A stretch of 55,476 bases of DNA from Clostridia bacterium (GCA_045628105.1 JAZQOX010000032.1:1-55476), one strand, 5' to 3'. Shown: positions 18,729 to 29,140, counted from the stretch's first letter. The notes: generated from the letters alone by a model not told the origin. A program made the numbers and translations.

Positions 18729-18823
18729 AAAATCTTCCAAAAAAAACATTTACTTTTAACAACATTTATGGTATAATAATTATGGTCGATAGAGAAAATA
18801 TACTATGAAGGAGTGACGGAAAG

Positions 18824-19360
18824 ATGTTTAATATAGGAGATAAAGTAGTATACCCAATGCATGGTGCAGGTGTTATACAAAATATAGAGGAAAAAAATAT
18901 TTTAGGAGAGAAAACAGCATATTACATAATAAAAATGCCTGGTGAAGTTAAGGTTATGGTTCCAACTTCAAAAGCAGAAGAAGTTGGCATGCGTGGAATT
19001 ATTGATGGTGCAAAAACAAGCGAGGTATTTAAAGTTTTAGAAACTGATTCAACTGAAATGTCTTTAAATTGGAATAAACGTTATAGAGATAATATGGAAA
19101 AAATGAAAAGTGGAGACATTTATGAAGTTGCAGATGTTGTTAGAAATTTAAGCTTTAAACAAAAAGAAAGAGGCCTTTCAACAGGAGAGAAAAAAATGCT
19201 TTTAAATGCAAAACAAATTCTAGTAAGTGAACTTACGCTTGCTGAAAATTCTGAAAAAGATACAATTGAAGCAATGGTAGATACAAAAATAAATGAATCA
19301 TTTGCAGAATATAATGCAGCAGAAGAAAATGGAACAATGGGTAAAATAATTAAATTTTAA
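18824..19360 (+). CDS. carD: CarD family transcriptional regulator
   Basis: FNIGDKVVYPMHGAG, NWNKRYR, LSTGEKKML. Confidence 0.9.
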   Translation: MFNIGDKVVYPMHGAGVIQNIEEKNILGEKTAYYIIKMPGEVKVMVPTSKAEEVGMRGIIDGAKTSEVFKVLETDSTEMSLNWNKRYRDNMEKMKSGDIYEVADVVRNLSFKQKERGLSTGEKKMLLNAKQILVSELTLAENSEKDTIEAMVDTKINESFAEYNAAEENGTMGKIIKF

Positions 19361-19366
19361 TAAATT

Positions 19367-19396
19367 AAAGAACAGAAATTTTTCTGTTCTTTTTTG
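19367..19396 (+). terminator. Intrinsic terminator
   Basis: AAAGAACAGAAA...TTCTGTTCTTT followed by a T-run. Confidence 0.75.
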
Positions 19397-19494
19397 TTAG
19401 ATAGTAGATATTATTTAATACAGCGATTTTACTTGATTTTTCCATATGACTTGTGGTAGAATAGTTAAAGAAAATTTGAAAAGGGGTAATAAAA

Positions 19495-20199
19495 ATGGGA
19501 GTTGCATATAAACGAGTTTTATTAAAACTAAGTGGAGAAGCATTAGCCGGAGAAAAAAAGAGCGGAATTGATGCAGAAATACTTGGAAACATATGTGATA
19601 AAATAAAAGAAATTGTAGATATGGGAGTTCAAGTTTCAATAGTTGTAGGAGGAGGAAACTTCTGGAGAGGAAGATATGGACATCAAATGGAAAGAACAAC
19701 ATCAGATTATATGGGAATGCTTGCAACAACAATAAATGGTTTAGCATTACAAGATGCATTAGAAGCTAGAGACATAAACACAAGATTACAAACAGCAATT
19801 GAAATGAGACAAATTGCAGAACCATATATAAAAAGAAAGGCGGCTAAACATTTAAACCAAGGTAGAGTAGTAATATTTTCATGCGGTACAGGTAATCCAT
19901 ACTTTTCAACAGATACATGTGCAGCATTAAGAGCAGCAGAAACAGATTCTGAAATAATATTACTTGCAAAAACAATAGATGGAGTATATTCAGCAGATCC
20001 AAAAGAAGACCCAAATGCTGTAAAATATGATAAAATTTCATATTTAGAAATTCTTAACCAAAACTTAAAAGTTATGGATTCAACAGCAACATCACTTTGT
20101 AGAGATAATAACATTCCATTAATGGTATTTGGAATAGATGATCCAGAAAACATAGTTAGAATTATTAAAGGTGAAAAAATTGGTACTTATGTTAGCTAG
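19495..20199 (+). CDS. pyrH: UMP kinase
   Basis: [27 protein letters not shown]. Confidence 0.97.
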   Translation: MGVAYKRVLLKLSGEALAGEKKSGIDAEILGNICDKIKEIVDMGVQVSIVVGGGNFWRGRYGHQMERTTSDYMGMLATTINGLALQDALEARDINTRLQTAIEMRQIAEPYIKRKAAKHLNQGRVVIFSCGTGNPYFSTDTCAALRAAETDSEIILLAKTIDGVYSADPKEDPNAVKYDKISYLEILNQNLKVMDSTATSLCRDNNIPLMVFGIDDPENIVRIIKGEKIGTYVS

Positions 20200-20213
20200 T
20201 GAAAAAAATACTT

Positions 20214-20242
20214 AATATATAACTCCGAAGAGATTGGGCGGA
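20214..20242 (+). repeat. Partial copy of the 14.1-kb hairpin element (right arm)
   Basis: AATATATAACTCCgaaGAGATTGGGCGGA, 27/29 identical to 14179-14207. Confidence 0.75.
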
Positions 20243-20263
20243 GAATAAAGGAGATTGATAATT

Positions 20264-20812
20264 ATGGATTTAAATAACATAGAAGAAAAAATGAACAAGA
20301 CAATAAGTGTATTACAAGAAAACTTATCAGAGGTTAGAGCTGGACGTGCAAACCCAGCAATATTAAATAAAATTATGATTAACTATTATGGAGTACCAAC
20401 TCCAATAAATCAAGTTGCAGGAATTTCAGTTCCTGAAGCGAGATTAATTGTTATTCAACCATGGGATGCAAGCGTATTAAAAGAAATTGAAAAAGAAATT
20501 TTAAAAGCAGATATAGGAATAAACCCAAACAATGATGGAAAAGTAATTAGATTAGCATTTCCAGAATTAACAGAAGAAAGAAGAAAAGAACTTGCAAAAG
20601 ACATTAAGAAAATGGGAGAAGAAGCTAAAGTTGGTGTTAGATCAATTAGAAGAGAAGGAATGGATCAAGCAAAAGCTGAACAAAAAGAAGGTACAATTAC
20701 AGAAGACGATTTAAAAGGATTAGAAGATAAAATTCAAAAATTAACTGACAATAAAGTTACAGATATAGATAAAGCAATTGAAAACAAAGAAAAAGAAATT
20801 ATGAGTGTATAA
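20264..20812 (+). CDS. frr: Ribosome recycling factor
   Basis: RAGRANP, IQPWD, NPNNDGKVIR, LTEERRKEL. Confidence 0.97.
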   Translation: MDLNNIEEKMNKTISVLQENLSEVRAGRANPAILNKIMINYYGVPTPINQVAGISVPEARLIVIQPWDASVLKEIEKEILKADIGINPNNDGKVIRLAFPELTEERRKELAKDIKKMGEEAKVGVRSIRREGMDQAKAEQKEGTITEDDLKGLEDKIQKLTDNKVTDIDKAIENKEKEIMSV

Positions 20813-20821
20813 AAAACAATA

Positions 20822-20860
20822 AAATTACCTTGAAGTATATTTTTACTACAAGGTAATTTC
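20822..20860 (+). terminator. Intrinsic terminator
   Basis: AAATTACCTTGAAGTA...TACTACAAGGTAATTT. Confidence 0.65.
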
Positions 20861-20873
20861 TATTAATTTATTT

Positions 20874-20890
20874 TGTCGAATTTTGTCGAA
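20874..20890 (+). promoter_or_regulatory. Tandem Spo0A boxes
   Basis: TGTCGAA at 20874 and 20884, 10 bp apart; matches the 0A-box consensus TGNCGAA. Confidence 0.65.
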
Positions 20891-21020
20891 CATGGTCATA
20901 ACAGGACGAACGATTTTTATTGATTTTAAGCCCAATTTGATGTATTATTTAATAGTAAATTTTAATTAAAATTTACTTGGATATTTAATACGACTTAACA
21001 ATAATGGGGAGGTAAAACAA

Positions 21021-21362
21021 TTGGAAAGCGAAGGAATCTACTATGGTGCTACTTTACTTGGCGGAAATGATTTAGTAGAAACGTTATGCAAAAACAAAAT
21101 TGAATTAGAATATTATGGTACAGAATATCATAATATAGATGAATTCGAAGAAAAACCATATTATGGAATATCTATTATAAAAAAAGAATATAATAAAGAT
21201 GAAATAAAATTCGAAAAAAAACATATTGAAAATGTATCAACAAGCAAAAACGTAATTTCTGAAATAATTAACATTCTAAAACAAAACAAAGTAACGCCAA
21301 TATGTCTTTATGATGTGGTTGATGATTTGCTTAAAAAATCACAGTATCAAAGTGCTAGATAA
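21021..21362 (+). CDS. DUF6514-like clostridial protein
   Basis: GGGAGG RBS, TTG start; YGISIIK and NKVTPICLYDVVDDL motifs. Confidence 0.65.
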   Translation: MESEGIYYGATLLGGNDLVETLCKNKIELEYYGTEYHNIDEFEEKPYYGISIIKKEYNKDEIKFEKKHIENVSTSKNVISEIINILKQNKVTPICLYDVVDDLLKKSQYQSAR

Positions 21363-21496
21363 TAAAAAAGAGTTTTGAAAATATTTTTTTCAAAGCTCTT
21401 TTTGTCTGGGAGAAAAGTTTTTATAGCTATTTACTTTTAACAAAACTTAGTGTAAAATAAAACAAGAAATTATATAAAAAGGAGCAGGGATGTGTA

Positions 21497-24202
21497 ATGA
21501 AAACTAATTGGTTTAATACTAGCATTGAAGAGACAATAAAACAATTAGGAACAGACCTTGAAAAAGGGATAACTAATGAGGAAGTAAAGAAAAGACAAGA
21601 AGAATATGGGCTAAATGAGTTAGCAGCAAAGAAAAAGAAAAGTACATTTATTAAATTTTTAGAGCAATTTAAGGATTTTATGATAATTGTACTTATTATT
21701 TCAGCAATTATTTCAGGAATTGTTGGAGTAAAGCAAGAAGGAATTTCAGGAATAACAGATACAATAATTATTATGTTTGTAATTATTATGAATGCAATTA
21801 TAGGAGTGGCACAAGAAAATAAGGCAGAGAAATCTCTAGAAGCGTTACAAAAATTAAGTAGCCATGTAGCAAAAGTAATAAGAAATGGTAAATTAGAAGT
21901 AGTTCCATCAAAAGAATTAGTACCTGGAGATGTTGTAGTAATAGAAACAGGAGATTATGTACCAGCTGATTTAAGAATTATAGAAGCTGTAAATTTAAAA
22001 TCTCAGGAATCAGCATTGACTGGTGAATCTGTACCAGTAGAAAAAATCTCAGGTCTAATTGAAGAAGAAAAAATAGGGATAGGCGATAGAATAAATATGC
22101 TATTTTCTTCAAGCTTAATTACATATGGTAGAGGAAAAGCTGTTGTCGTTGAAACAGGTATGAATACAGAAGTTGGAAAAATAGCAGGAATAATTAATTC
22201 AGCTGAGAATACAGAAACTCCACTTCAACAAAAATTAAACAAATTAGGAAAAACGTTAGGAATTGTAGCATTAATAATATGCGTTATAATTTTTATTATA
22301 GGTTTACTATATGGAAAAGAAGTAATAGAAATGTTTTTAACAGCTGTTAGCTTAGCTGTAGCTGCAATACCAGAAGGGTTGCCTGCTGTTTCAACAATAG
22401 TTCTTGCAATAGGTGTACAAAAAATGGTAAAGAAAAATGCAATAGTAAAAAAATTGCCAGCAGTTGAGACACTAGGTAGTGCAACAGTAATTTGTTCAGA
22501 TAAAACAGGAACATTAACACAAAACAAAATGACTGTTCAAAAATTATTCTATAATGATACAGTAAGTGATGTTGAAAGTGTTAATACTGAAGTAAAAGAT
22601 GGTAATTTGGATTTATTAATTCATTCAAGTATGCTATGCAATGATACAAAAGTATCAAATACTAAAGAATTAACAGGAGATCCAACAGAAACAGCACTTG
22701 TCGATTTAGGATTCAAATTAAACTATGATAGTGCATTATACGGACAGTTCCCAAGAGTTAAGGAAATACCATTTGATTCAGAAAGAAAATTAATGACAAC
22801 GGTTCATAATTCAAATGGAAAATATATTGTTTACACTAAAGGTGGTGTAGATGAACTTCTTGCAAGATGTACAAAATATACAATTAATGGAGAAATAAAA
22901 GAAGACTTAGATAGATATAAAGAAAAAATTAAAAGCGTAAATAATGAAATGGCAAGCTCTGCATTAAGAGTACTTGCTATGGCATATAAAGAAATGGATC
23001 ATGAACCATCTGATGAAGAGATGAAAAACATTGAAAATGACTTAATTTACATTGGCATGGTTGGAATGATTGACCCACCAAGATTAGAAGTTAAAGATGC
23101 GGTTGCAACATGTAAAAAGGCTGGAATAAAAACAGTAATGATTACAGGAGATCACAAGATTACTGCAATTGCAATAGCTAAATCTTTAGGAATATTAGAA
23201 AAAGAAGAAGAAGCAATTACAGGATTAGAACTTGAAGATATGAGTCAAGAAGAACTTGAAAAGAATGTACGCAAATATTCGGTTTATGCAAGAGTTTCTC
23301 CAGAACATAAGGTTAGAATTGTAAAAGCATGGCAAGCAAATGGTGAAATTGTAGCAATGACTGGAGATGGAGTAAATGATGCACCATCACTTAAAATTGC
23401 AGATATTGGTTGCGCAATGGGCGTTGTTGGTACAGATGTAGCAAAAGAAGCGGCAGATGTAATTTTAACGGATGATAATTTTGCAACAGTAGTATCAGCA
23501 GTTGAAGAAGGAAGACGTATTTATGATAATATTTTAAAGGCAATACAGTTCTTACTTTCAAGTAATATTGGAGAAATAGTAACATTATTTGTTGCAATAC
23601 TAATTACACCATGGATGGCTAAAACATTTGGAATAGATATTAATCTATTGCAAACATTGTTACCAATACATTTATTATGGATAAATCTTGTTACAGATTC
23701 TTTACCAGCATTAGCACTTGCAGTTGATCCTGCTGAAAAAGATATAATGGATAGAAAACCATTAAAACATTCAGGAGGAGTCTTTACAAAAGGAATGACA
23801 TGGAGAGTTATTTACCAAGGAATTATGATAGGTGCTATTACAATTGGAGCATATATACTTGGATTAAGCACAAAAGGAGCAACACCTTTAGAAAAAGTTC
23901 AAATTGCACAAACAATGGCGTTTTATGCATTAGCTTTATCAGAATTAGTTCATATTTTTAATATAAGAAACAATCATAAATCTATATTTAGCTCAAATCC
24001 ATTTAACAACAAGACATTACTATTAGCAGAAATTGGTTCAGCAGCTTTAATGTTTATAATACTATTCACATCAAAATTAAGAAACATATTCAGCATAGTA
24101 TTATTACCAAGAGAGCATATATTTGAATTAGTTTTATTAATACTATCACCAGTTTTAGTAGTAGAACTATTTAAATTATTAAAGATAAATGGAAAAGAAT
24201 AG
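21497..24202 (+). CDS. Calcium-translocating P-type ATPase (type IIA)
   Basis: LTGES, PEGL, CSDKTGTLT, KGG, MITGD, TGDGVNDAP, LWINLVTD. Confidence 0.95.
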   Translation: MKTNWFNTSIEETIKQLGTDLEKGITNEEVKKRQEEYGLNELAAKKKKSTFIKFLEQFKDFMIIVLIISAIISGIVGVKQEGISGITDTIIIMFVIIMNAIIGVAQENKAEKSLEALQKLSSHVAKVIRNGKLEVVPSKELVPGDVVVIETGDYVPADLRIIEAVNLKSQESALTGESVPVEKISGLIEEEKIGIGDRINMLFSSSLITYGRGKAVVVETGMNTEVGKIAGIINSAENTETPLQQKLNKLGKTLGIVALIICVIIFIIGLLYGKEVIEMFLTAVSLAVAAIPEGLPAVSTIVLAIGVQKMVKKNAIVKKLPAVETLGSATVICSDKTGTLTQNKMTVQKLFYNDTVSDVESVNTEVKDGNLDLLIHSSMLCNDTKVSNTKELTGDPTETALVDLGFKLNYDSALYGQFPRVKEIPFDSERKLMTTVHNSNGKYIVYTKGGVDELLARCTKYTINGEIKEDLDRYKEKIKSVNNEMASSALRVLAMAYKEMDHEPSDEEMKNIENDLIYIGMVGMIDPPRLEVKDAVATCKKAGIKTVMITGDHKITAIAIAKSLGILEKEEEAITGLELEDMSQEELEKNVRKYSVYARVSPEHKVRIVKAWQANGEIVAMTGDGVNDAPSLKIADIGCAMGVVGTDVAKEAADVILTDDNFATVVSAVEEGRRIYDNILKAIQFLLSSNIGEIVTLFVAILITPWMAKTFGIDINLLQTLLPIHLLWINLVTDSLPALALAVDPAEKDIMDRKPLKHSGGVFTKGMTWRVIYQGIMIGAITIGAYILGLSTKGATPLEKVQIAQTMAFYALALSELVHIFNIRNNHKSIFSSNPFNNKTLLLAEIGSAALMFIILFTSKLRNIFSIVLLPREHIFELVLLILSPVLVVELFKLLKINGKE

Positions 24203-24230
24203 CTAAAAAACAAAGGTTTGCCAATACATA

Positions 24231-24259
24231 TTGACAAACTTTTTACAATAATATATAAT
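24231..24259 (+). promoter_or_regulatory. SigA promoter of putative toxin mRNA
   Basis: Perfect TTGACA-17-TATAAT. Confidence 0.8.
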
Positions 24260-24327
24260 ACAAAACGAATTTGGAGTTTAGGAATGTGGTTGCCACTTTA
24301 CTTTACATAGAAAGCGAGGTGGTGTGA

Positions 24328-24456
24328 ATGTTAGAAGATGCTTTATTACAATTGCTTATTTTTTCTCTTCTTATCAACATTGTTTTTGCATCTATCATAA
24401 TTGCTTTACTAATAGCAATAACTATTTGTATTTGTAAAAAAAAATCACATCTCTGA
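24328..24456 (+). CDS. Putative type I toxin (holin-like), 42 aa MLEDALLQLLIFSLLINIVFASIIIALLIAITICICKKKSHL
   Basis: GAGGTGG RBS, single long hydrophobic helix with KKK tail, convergent antisense promoter. Confidence 0.7.
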   Translation: MLEDALLQLLIFSLLINIVFASIIIALLIAITICICKKKSHL

Positions 24457-24559
24457 AAATTGCGACTAGAGATGTAATTTAATTTATATTTCCTGTGGCA
24501 ACCACATTTGTGGCTCCTTATTCTAAAATTATTATAATATAAATGAATCAAAAAGTCAA
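24436..24559 (-). ncRNA. Putative antisense antitoxin RNA (promoter plus about 90-nt transcript)
   Basis: Minus-strand TTGACT(24559-24554)-17-TATAAT(24536-24531); hairpin ACATCTCT/AGAGATGT followed by a U-run overlaps the toxin 3' end. Confidence 0.65.
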
Positions 24560-24577
24560 TAAAAAGGAGTAAATTTA

Positions 24578-24820
24578 ATGGAATTAAAAATAAAAGGCAT
24601 ATATAAACATTTTAAAGGCGATATGTATATTGTTGAAGATGTAGCCATACATAGCGAAACAAAAGAAAAATATGTAGTATACAGAGCATTATATGGTGAT
24701 ACAACATTATACATAAGACCATATGAGATGTTCTTATCAAAAGTAGATAAACAAAAATATCCAGATGTTAAACAAGAATATAGATTTGAATTGCAAGAAA
24801 TTGAAAGTAAAAATAAATAA
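24578..24820 (+). CDS. DUF1653 domain protein
   Basis: YKHFKG, AIHSET, VVYRALYG, IRPYEMF, YRFE. Confidence 0.9.
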   Translation: MELKIKGIYKHFKGDMYIVEDVAIHSETKEKYVVYRALYGDTTLYIRPYEMFLSKVDKQKYPDVKQEYRFELQEIESKNK

Positions 24821-24870
24821 AGAGTTTTGTACAAATTTGGGACAGTCCCTAATTTGCACAAAGCTCTTTA
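24818..24870. repeat. REP-like palindrome copy 5 with extended arms
   Basis: TAAAGAGTTTTGTACAAATTTGGGACAGTCCCTAATTTGCACAAAGCTCTTTA. Confidence 0.85.
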
Positions 24871-24928
24871 TTTTCCTTGATTTTTATGGTATAATTATCA
24901 AATGAGTAAAAAAATAAGGAGACATTTG

Positions 24929-27900
24929 ATGAACGATATTATTAAGGTACTTCCTAATTTTAAGAAGTTTAATGATTATATTGATAATGTAAAGAGTAAA
25001 ACAAGCCCTATTATGCTTTCAGGGCTTACAGATAGTGGAAAGGTTCATTTCGCCTATTCCACTTACTTTTATGCGGAAAAACCAATATGTATAATTACGT
25101 ATAATGAATTACAAGCAAAGAAAATTCTAAAAAATCTAGAATATTTTAATGAAAAAGTTAATTTTTTCCCTAAAAAAGAAATTATGGCGTATGATTATTT
25201 AGCTGAAAGTAAAGATACTACATATAATAGAATAGCTTGCTTGAACGATATTTATACAAAAAAAGCTAATATTATTGTTACAACTATTGAGGCTGTAAGC
25301 CAAAGATTAATTCCAAAAGAGGTTTTATATAAAAATATTCTAAATATTAGTAAAGGCGACATAGTTAATTTAGAAGAAGTTAAACAGAAATTAGTAGATT
25401 TAGGATATGAAAGATGTGATATAGCTCAAAACAAATCAGAATTTAGCATTAGAGGAGGAATTATTGATATAGTTCTTTCCGAAAAAGAAGGTATTAGAAT
25501 TGAACTTTGGGGAGATGAAGTAGATTCTATTAGAACATTTGATTTGAGTAACCAGAGATCTAAAGAAAAAAGAGATAGTATATTAATATTTCCTGCACAT
25601 GAGTTTTTGCTTGAAAAACCAGTTGAAGAAATAATTGAAAAAATAGAAGATGAAAAAGACATAGAAGAAATTAAAGAAAAAAATTATTCTAGTAAAATAG
25701 ATAAATATTGGAATATTTTTTATTCAAATTCAAAAAATACATTTATAGATTATATAAAAGATGATTATATTATTTTCATAGATGAAGCTGCTAAAATAAA
25801 GGCAAGATCAGAAAATAGTATTAAAGATATACAAAATTTAATAAAGTCTTTAATAGAAAAGAAAAGATTTGTTCCACAGCTTTTAGAACAAACGGCTGAT
25901 TATTTAGAATTTTTAGATAATATAAAAGATATACAGTCAATATATTTAGAAAATAAAGATATTGGTTTTGTAGATAAACAAAGTATGCATGCAAAAAGAA
26001 ACGGATATAGCTTTAGCTATAGGGAGGTTAACTTTTTTCGTAGTTCAATGGATCTATTGTTTAAGGAAGTTCAAGAAGGAATTGCAGAAGGAACAACAAT
26101 AGCAATACTTTGTGGATCACAAGGAAATATAAAAAAAGTAAAAGATTTATTAGAAGAAAAAATAACAAATAAAAATCATTTAAGTAAAATTATTTTAACA
26201 GAAGGTTCATTAACAGAAGGATTTGAATGTTATGATTTTAATCTTTTAGTAATTTCTGTTCAAGAATTATTTAATGTTCAGAAAAAGAGAAGAAAAACAC
26301 CAGAGCAATTTAGAACAGGTGAAAATATAATCTTTTCTGATTTGAAAGTTGGAGATTATATAGTTCATAGAACAAGTGGTGTTGGACAATTTATAGGAAT
26401 AAATACTATTACAGCAGCAGGAATTACAAAAGATTATATTAAAATTAAATATAAAGATGATGGAATGCTATATATTCCAACAAGCAGTTTAGATAATATA
26501 AAAAAATATATAGGATCAGGGGATGGAGCTCCAAGACTAAATAAACTTGGAACTAAAGAGTGGTCAAAAGCAAAGGCAAGGGTTAAATCAAATTTACAAG
26601 AAATTGCAAAAGACTTGATAGAACTTTATGCAAGACGTGAAAAAGCTCAAGGCTTCATGTTTTCTAAAGATACTGAATGGCAAAAGGAATTTGAAGATAA
26701 ATTTCCATATACTGAAACAGATGACCAATTAAGAAGTATTGAAGAAATGAAAAAGGATATGGAAAGTCCAAAACCAATGGATAGACTTTTATGTGGTGAT
26801 GTTGGATATGGTAAAACAGAAATTGCAATTCGTGGTGCTTTTAAGGCATGCATGGATCAAAAACAAGTTGTTTATTTAGCTCCTACAACAATACTTGCAA
26901 GTCAGCAATATGAAACTTTTAGGGATAGAATGAAAGATTATCCTATAAAAGTAGAACTTTTAAACAGATTTGTTCCACAAGCTAAACAAAAAGAGGTTAT
27001 TGAAGGACTAAAACTGGGAGAAGTTGATATTGTAATTGGTACACACAAATTATTAAGTGATAATATAGAATATAAAAACTTAGGATTATTAATAATAGAT
27101 GAGGAACATAGATTTGGAGTAAAACACAAAGAAAAAATTAAAAAATTAAAAAATAATATAGATGTTTTAACAATGACGGCTACTCCAATTCCAAGAACAC
27201 TTCATATGTCTATAGTTGGAATAAGAGATATGTCTTGTTTATATGAACCACCACAAAACAGAAGACCTGTTCAGACGTATGTATTAGAATATGATGATGA
27301 AGTTATTAAAGAAGCAATAAGCAAAGAACTTTCAAGAGAAGGCCAAGTATTTTACCTATTTAATAATGTTGAAAATATAGATAAAAAAGCAGATGATATA
27401 TCAAAACTAGTTCCTGATGCAAAAGTTGCATATGCGCATGGACAAATGTCTGGAGCGGAAATAGAAGACATAATGAAGAGATTCGTAGATAAAGAAATTA
27501 ATGTACTTGTATGTACAACAATTCTTGAATCTGGCATTGATATACCAAATGCAAATACAATAATTGTGGAAAACGCTGATAGACTAGGATTAGCACAGCT
27601 TTATCAAATTAGAGGAAGAGTCGGAAGAGCAGATAAACAAGCGTATGCATATATTACATACAAAAGGGACAAAATGATAAATGAGGTTGCTGAAAAAAGA
27701 TTAAAAGCAATAAAAGAATTTACCGAATTTGGTTCAGGATTTAAAATAGCAATGAGAGATCTTGAAATAAGAGGAGCTGGAAGCTTACTTGGAGAAATTC
27801 AACATGGACATATAGATGAAGTTGGTTATGATACATACTGCAAAATTTTAGATGAAGTTATAAAAGAACAAAAAGGAATAAAGGTTGAAGAAGAACCTGA

Positions 27901-28330
27901 AATAATAATAGACATTAGTATTTCAAGTTATATTCCAGAAACATATATAGAAAACGAAGATCAAAAAATGGAAAGTTACAGAAACATTGCTTTATGTAGA
28001 ACAGAAGATGATATAAAAAATGTATCAGAAGATTTAACAGATAGATATGGAAAAATGCCAAAAGAGGTTATTAATCTTTTAGGGGTTGCAAGAATAAAAG
28101 AAATATGCCAGGAAACTGGAATAACAAAGGTAATGCAAAAACAAAATAATGTTGTATTATATTATGAACCAGAAAAATTCACATTGGATGTTACAAATCT
28201 TATTCATAAATATAATGACAGAATTAGATTTTCAAGTAGCATTACACCATATATAACATATAAGGTTGAAAAACCAGAAAATATTATTTTAGAAATAGAG
28301 GAGTTATTAAAAAATGGTAATAACGAGTAA
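24929..28330 (+). CDS. mfd: Transcription-repair coupling factor Mfd
   Basis: FSIRGGIID, CGDVGYGKTE, IDEEHRFGV, TATPIPRTL, QIRGRVGR; AGGAG RBS before ATG 24929. Confidence 0.97.
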   Translation: MNDIIKVLPNFKKFNDYIDNVKSKTSPIMLSGLTDSGKVHFAYSTYFYAEKPICIITYNELQAKKILKNLEYFNEKVNFFPKKEIMAYDYLAESKDTTYNRIACLNDIYTKKANIIVTTIEAVSQRLIPKEVLYKNILNISKGDIVNLEEVKQKLVDLGYERCDIAQNKSEFSIRGGIIDIVLSEKEGIRIELWGDEVDSIRTFDLSNQRSKEKRDSILIFPAHEFLLEKPVEEIIEKIEDEKDIEEIKEKNYSSKIDKYWNIFYSNSKNTFIDYIKDDYIIFIDEAAKIKARSENSIKDIQNLIKSLIEKKRFVPQLLEQTADYLEFLDNIKDIQSIYLENKDIGFVDKQSMHAKRNGYSFSYREVNFFRSSMDLLFKEVQEGIAEGTTIAILCGSQGNIKKVKDLLEEKITNKNHLSKIILTEGSLTEGFECYDFNLLVISVQELFNVQKKRRKTPEQFRTGENIIFSDLKVGDYIVHRTSGVGQFIGINTITAAGITKDYIKIKYKDDGMLYIPTSSLDNIKKYIGSGDGAPRLNKLGTKEWSKAKARVKSNLQEIAKDLIELYARREKAQGFMFSKDTEWQKEFEDKFPYTETDDQLRSIEEMKKDMESPKPMDRLLCGDVGYGKTEIAIRGAFKACMDQKQVVYLAPTTILASQQYETFRDRMKDYPIKVELLNRFVPQAKQKEVIEGLKLGEVDIVIGTHKLLSDNIEYKNLGLLIIDEEHRFGVKHKEKIKKLKNNIDVLTMTATPIPRTLHMSIVGIRDMSCLYEPPQNRRPVQTYVLEYDDEVIKEAISKELSREGQVFYLFNNVENIDKKADDISKLVPDAKVAYAHGQMSGAEIEDIMKRFVDKEINVLVCTTILESGIDIPNANTIIVENADRLGLAQLYQIRGRVGRADKQAYAYITYKRDKMINEVAEKRLKAIKEFTEFGSGFKIAMRDLEIRGAGSLLGEIQHGHIDEVGYDTYCKILDEVIKEQKGIKVEEEPEIIIDISISSYIPETYIENEDQKMESYRNIALCRTEDDIKNVSEDLTDRYGKMPKEVINLLGVARIKEICQETGITKVMQKQNNVVLYYEPEKFTLDVTNLIHKYNDRIRFSSSITPYITYKVEKPENIILEIEELLKNGNNE

Positions 28331-29099
28331 AGATAATGAAATGGTAAAACATATAAGAAAGCTTAAAGAGAAAAAGTACAGAGATGAATACGGGGAATAT
28401 ATAGTTGAAGGAATAAAACTTATTAGAGAGGCATTAGACGAAGAACAAAATGTTAAAACAATTATTGTTTGCGATAATTGCGACAAAGAAATAATAAACC
28501 AAACATCAATGTATGAAGTAGCAAAACAAACTATAGTATATGTTGATGAGAAGGTATTTAATACAATTACAGAAGTAAAGAATCCACAAGGAATACTTGC
28601 AGTAATTGAAAAAAAGAATGTTGAAAAGGAAATAGATTTTAAGGAAGACATGATTGTAGTTCTTGATGACATACAAGACCCAGGAAATTTAGGAACGATA
28701 TTAAGAACAGTTGATAGTGCTGGACTAACACAAATTGTAGTTTCTAAAAAAAGTGGAGATGTATATAACTCAAAAGTAGTGCGTTCAACAATGGGTGCAA
28801 TTTTTAGAGTAAATGTAATAGAAAGTGATAATCTTGTTGAGACAATAAAATTAATAAAAAAACATAAATTTTCTGTAATATCAACATCATTAGATACAGA
28901 TAAAAGCATATATGATATAGACTATAAAAAAACAGCAATAGTAATAGGAAATGAAGCAAATGGAGTATCAAAAGAAATTCAGGACTTATCAGATAAAAAA
29001 ATAAAAATACCAATGCTAGGAAAAACGGAAAGTCTAAATGCATCAGTTGCAACAGGAATAGTAGTATACGAATATGTAAGACAAAAATTGAATAAATAA
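28314..29099 (+). CDS. TrmH/SpoU family RNA methyltransferase
   Basis: IQDPGNLGTILRT, IGNEANG, ESLNASVA. Confidence 0.92.
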   Translation: MVITSKDNEMVKHIRKLKEKKYRDEYGEYIVEGIKLIREALDEEQNVKTIIVCDNCDKEIINQTSMYEVAKQTIVYVDEKVFNTITEVKNPQGILAVIEKKNVEKEIDFKEDMIVVLDDIQDPGNLGTILRTVDSAGLTQIVVSKKSGDVYNSKVVRSTMGAIFRVNVIESDNLVETIKLIKKHKFSVISTSLDTDKSIYDIDYKKTAIVIGNEANGVSKEIQDLSDKKIKIPMLGKTESLNASVATGIVVYEYVRQKLNK

Positions 29100-29103
29100 A
29101 AAC

Positions 29104-29140
29104 AAAAATAGAATTGGTGACAAGTGCCAATTCTATTTTT
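29104..29140 (+). terminator. Intrinsic terminator
   Basis: AAAAATAGAATTGG...CCAATTCTATTTTT. Confidence 0.8.

Noticed and set aside
24303-24551. Minus-strand 82-aa ORF
   Set aside because: No RBS, and its start lies within the antisense promoter; better explained as the shadow of the toxin/antitoxin pair.
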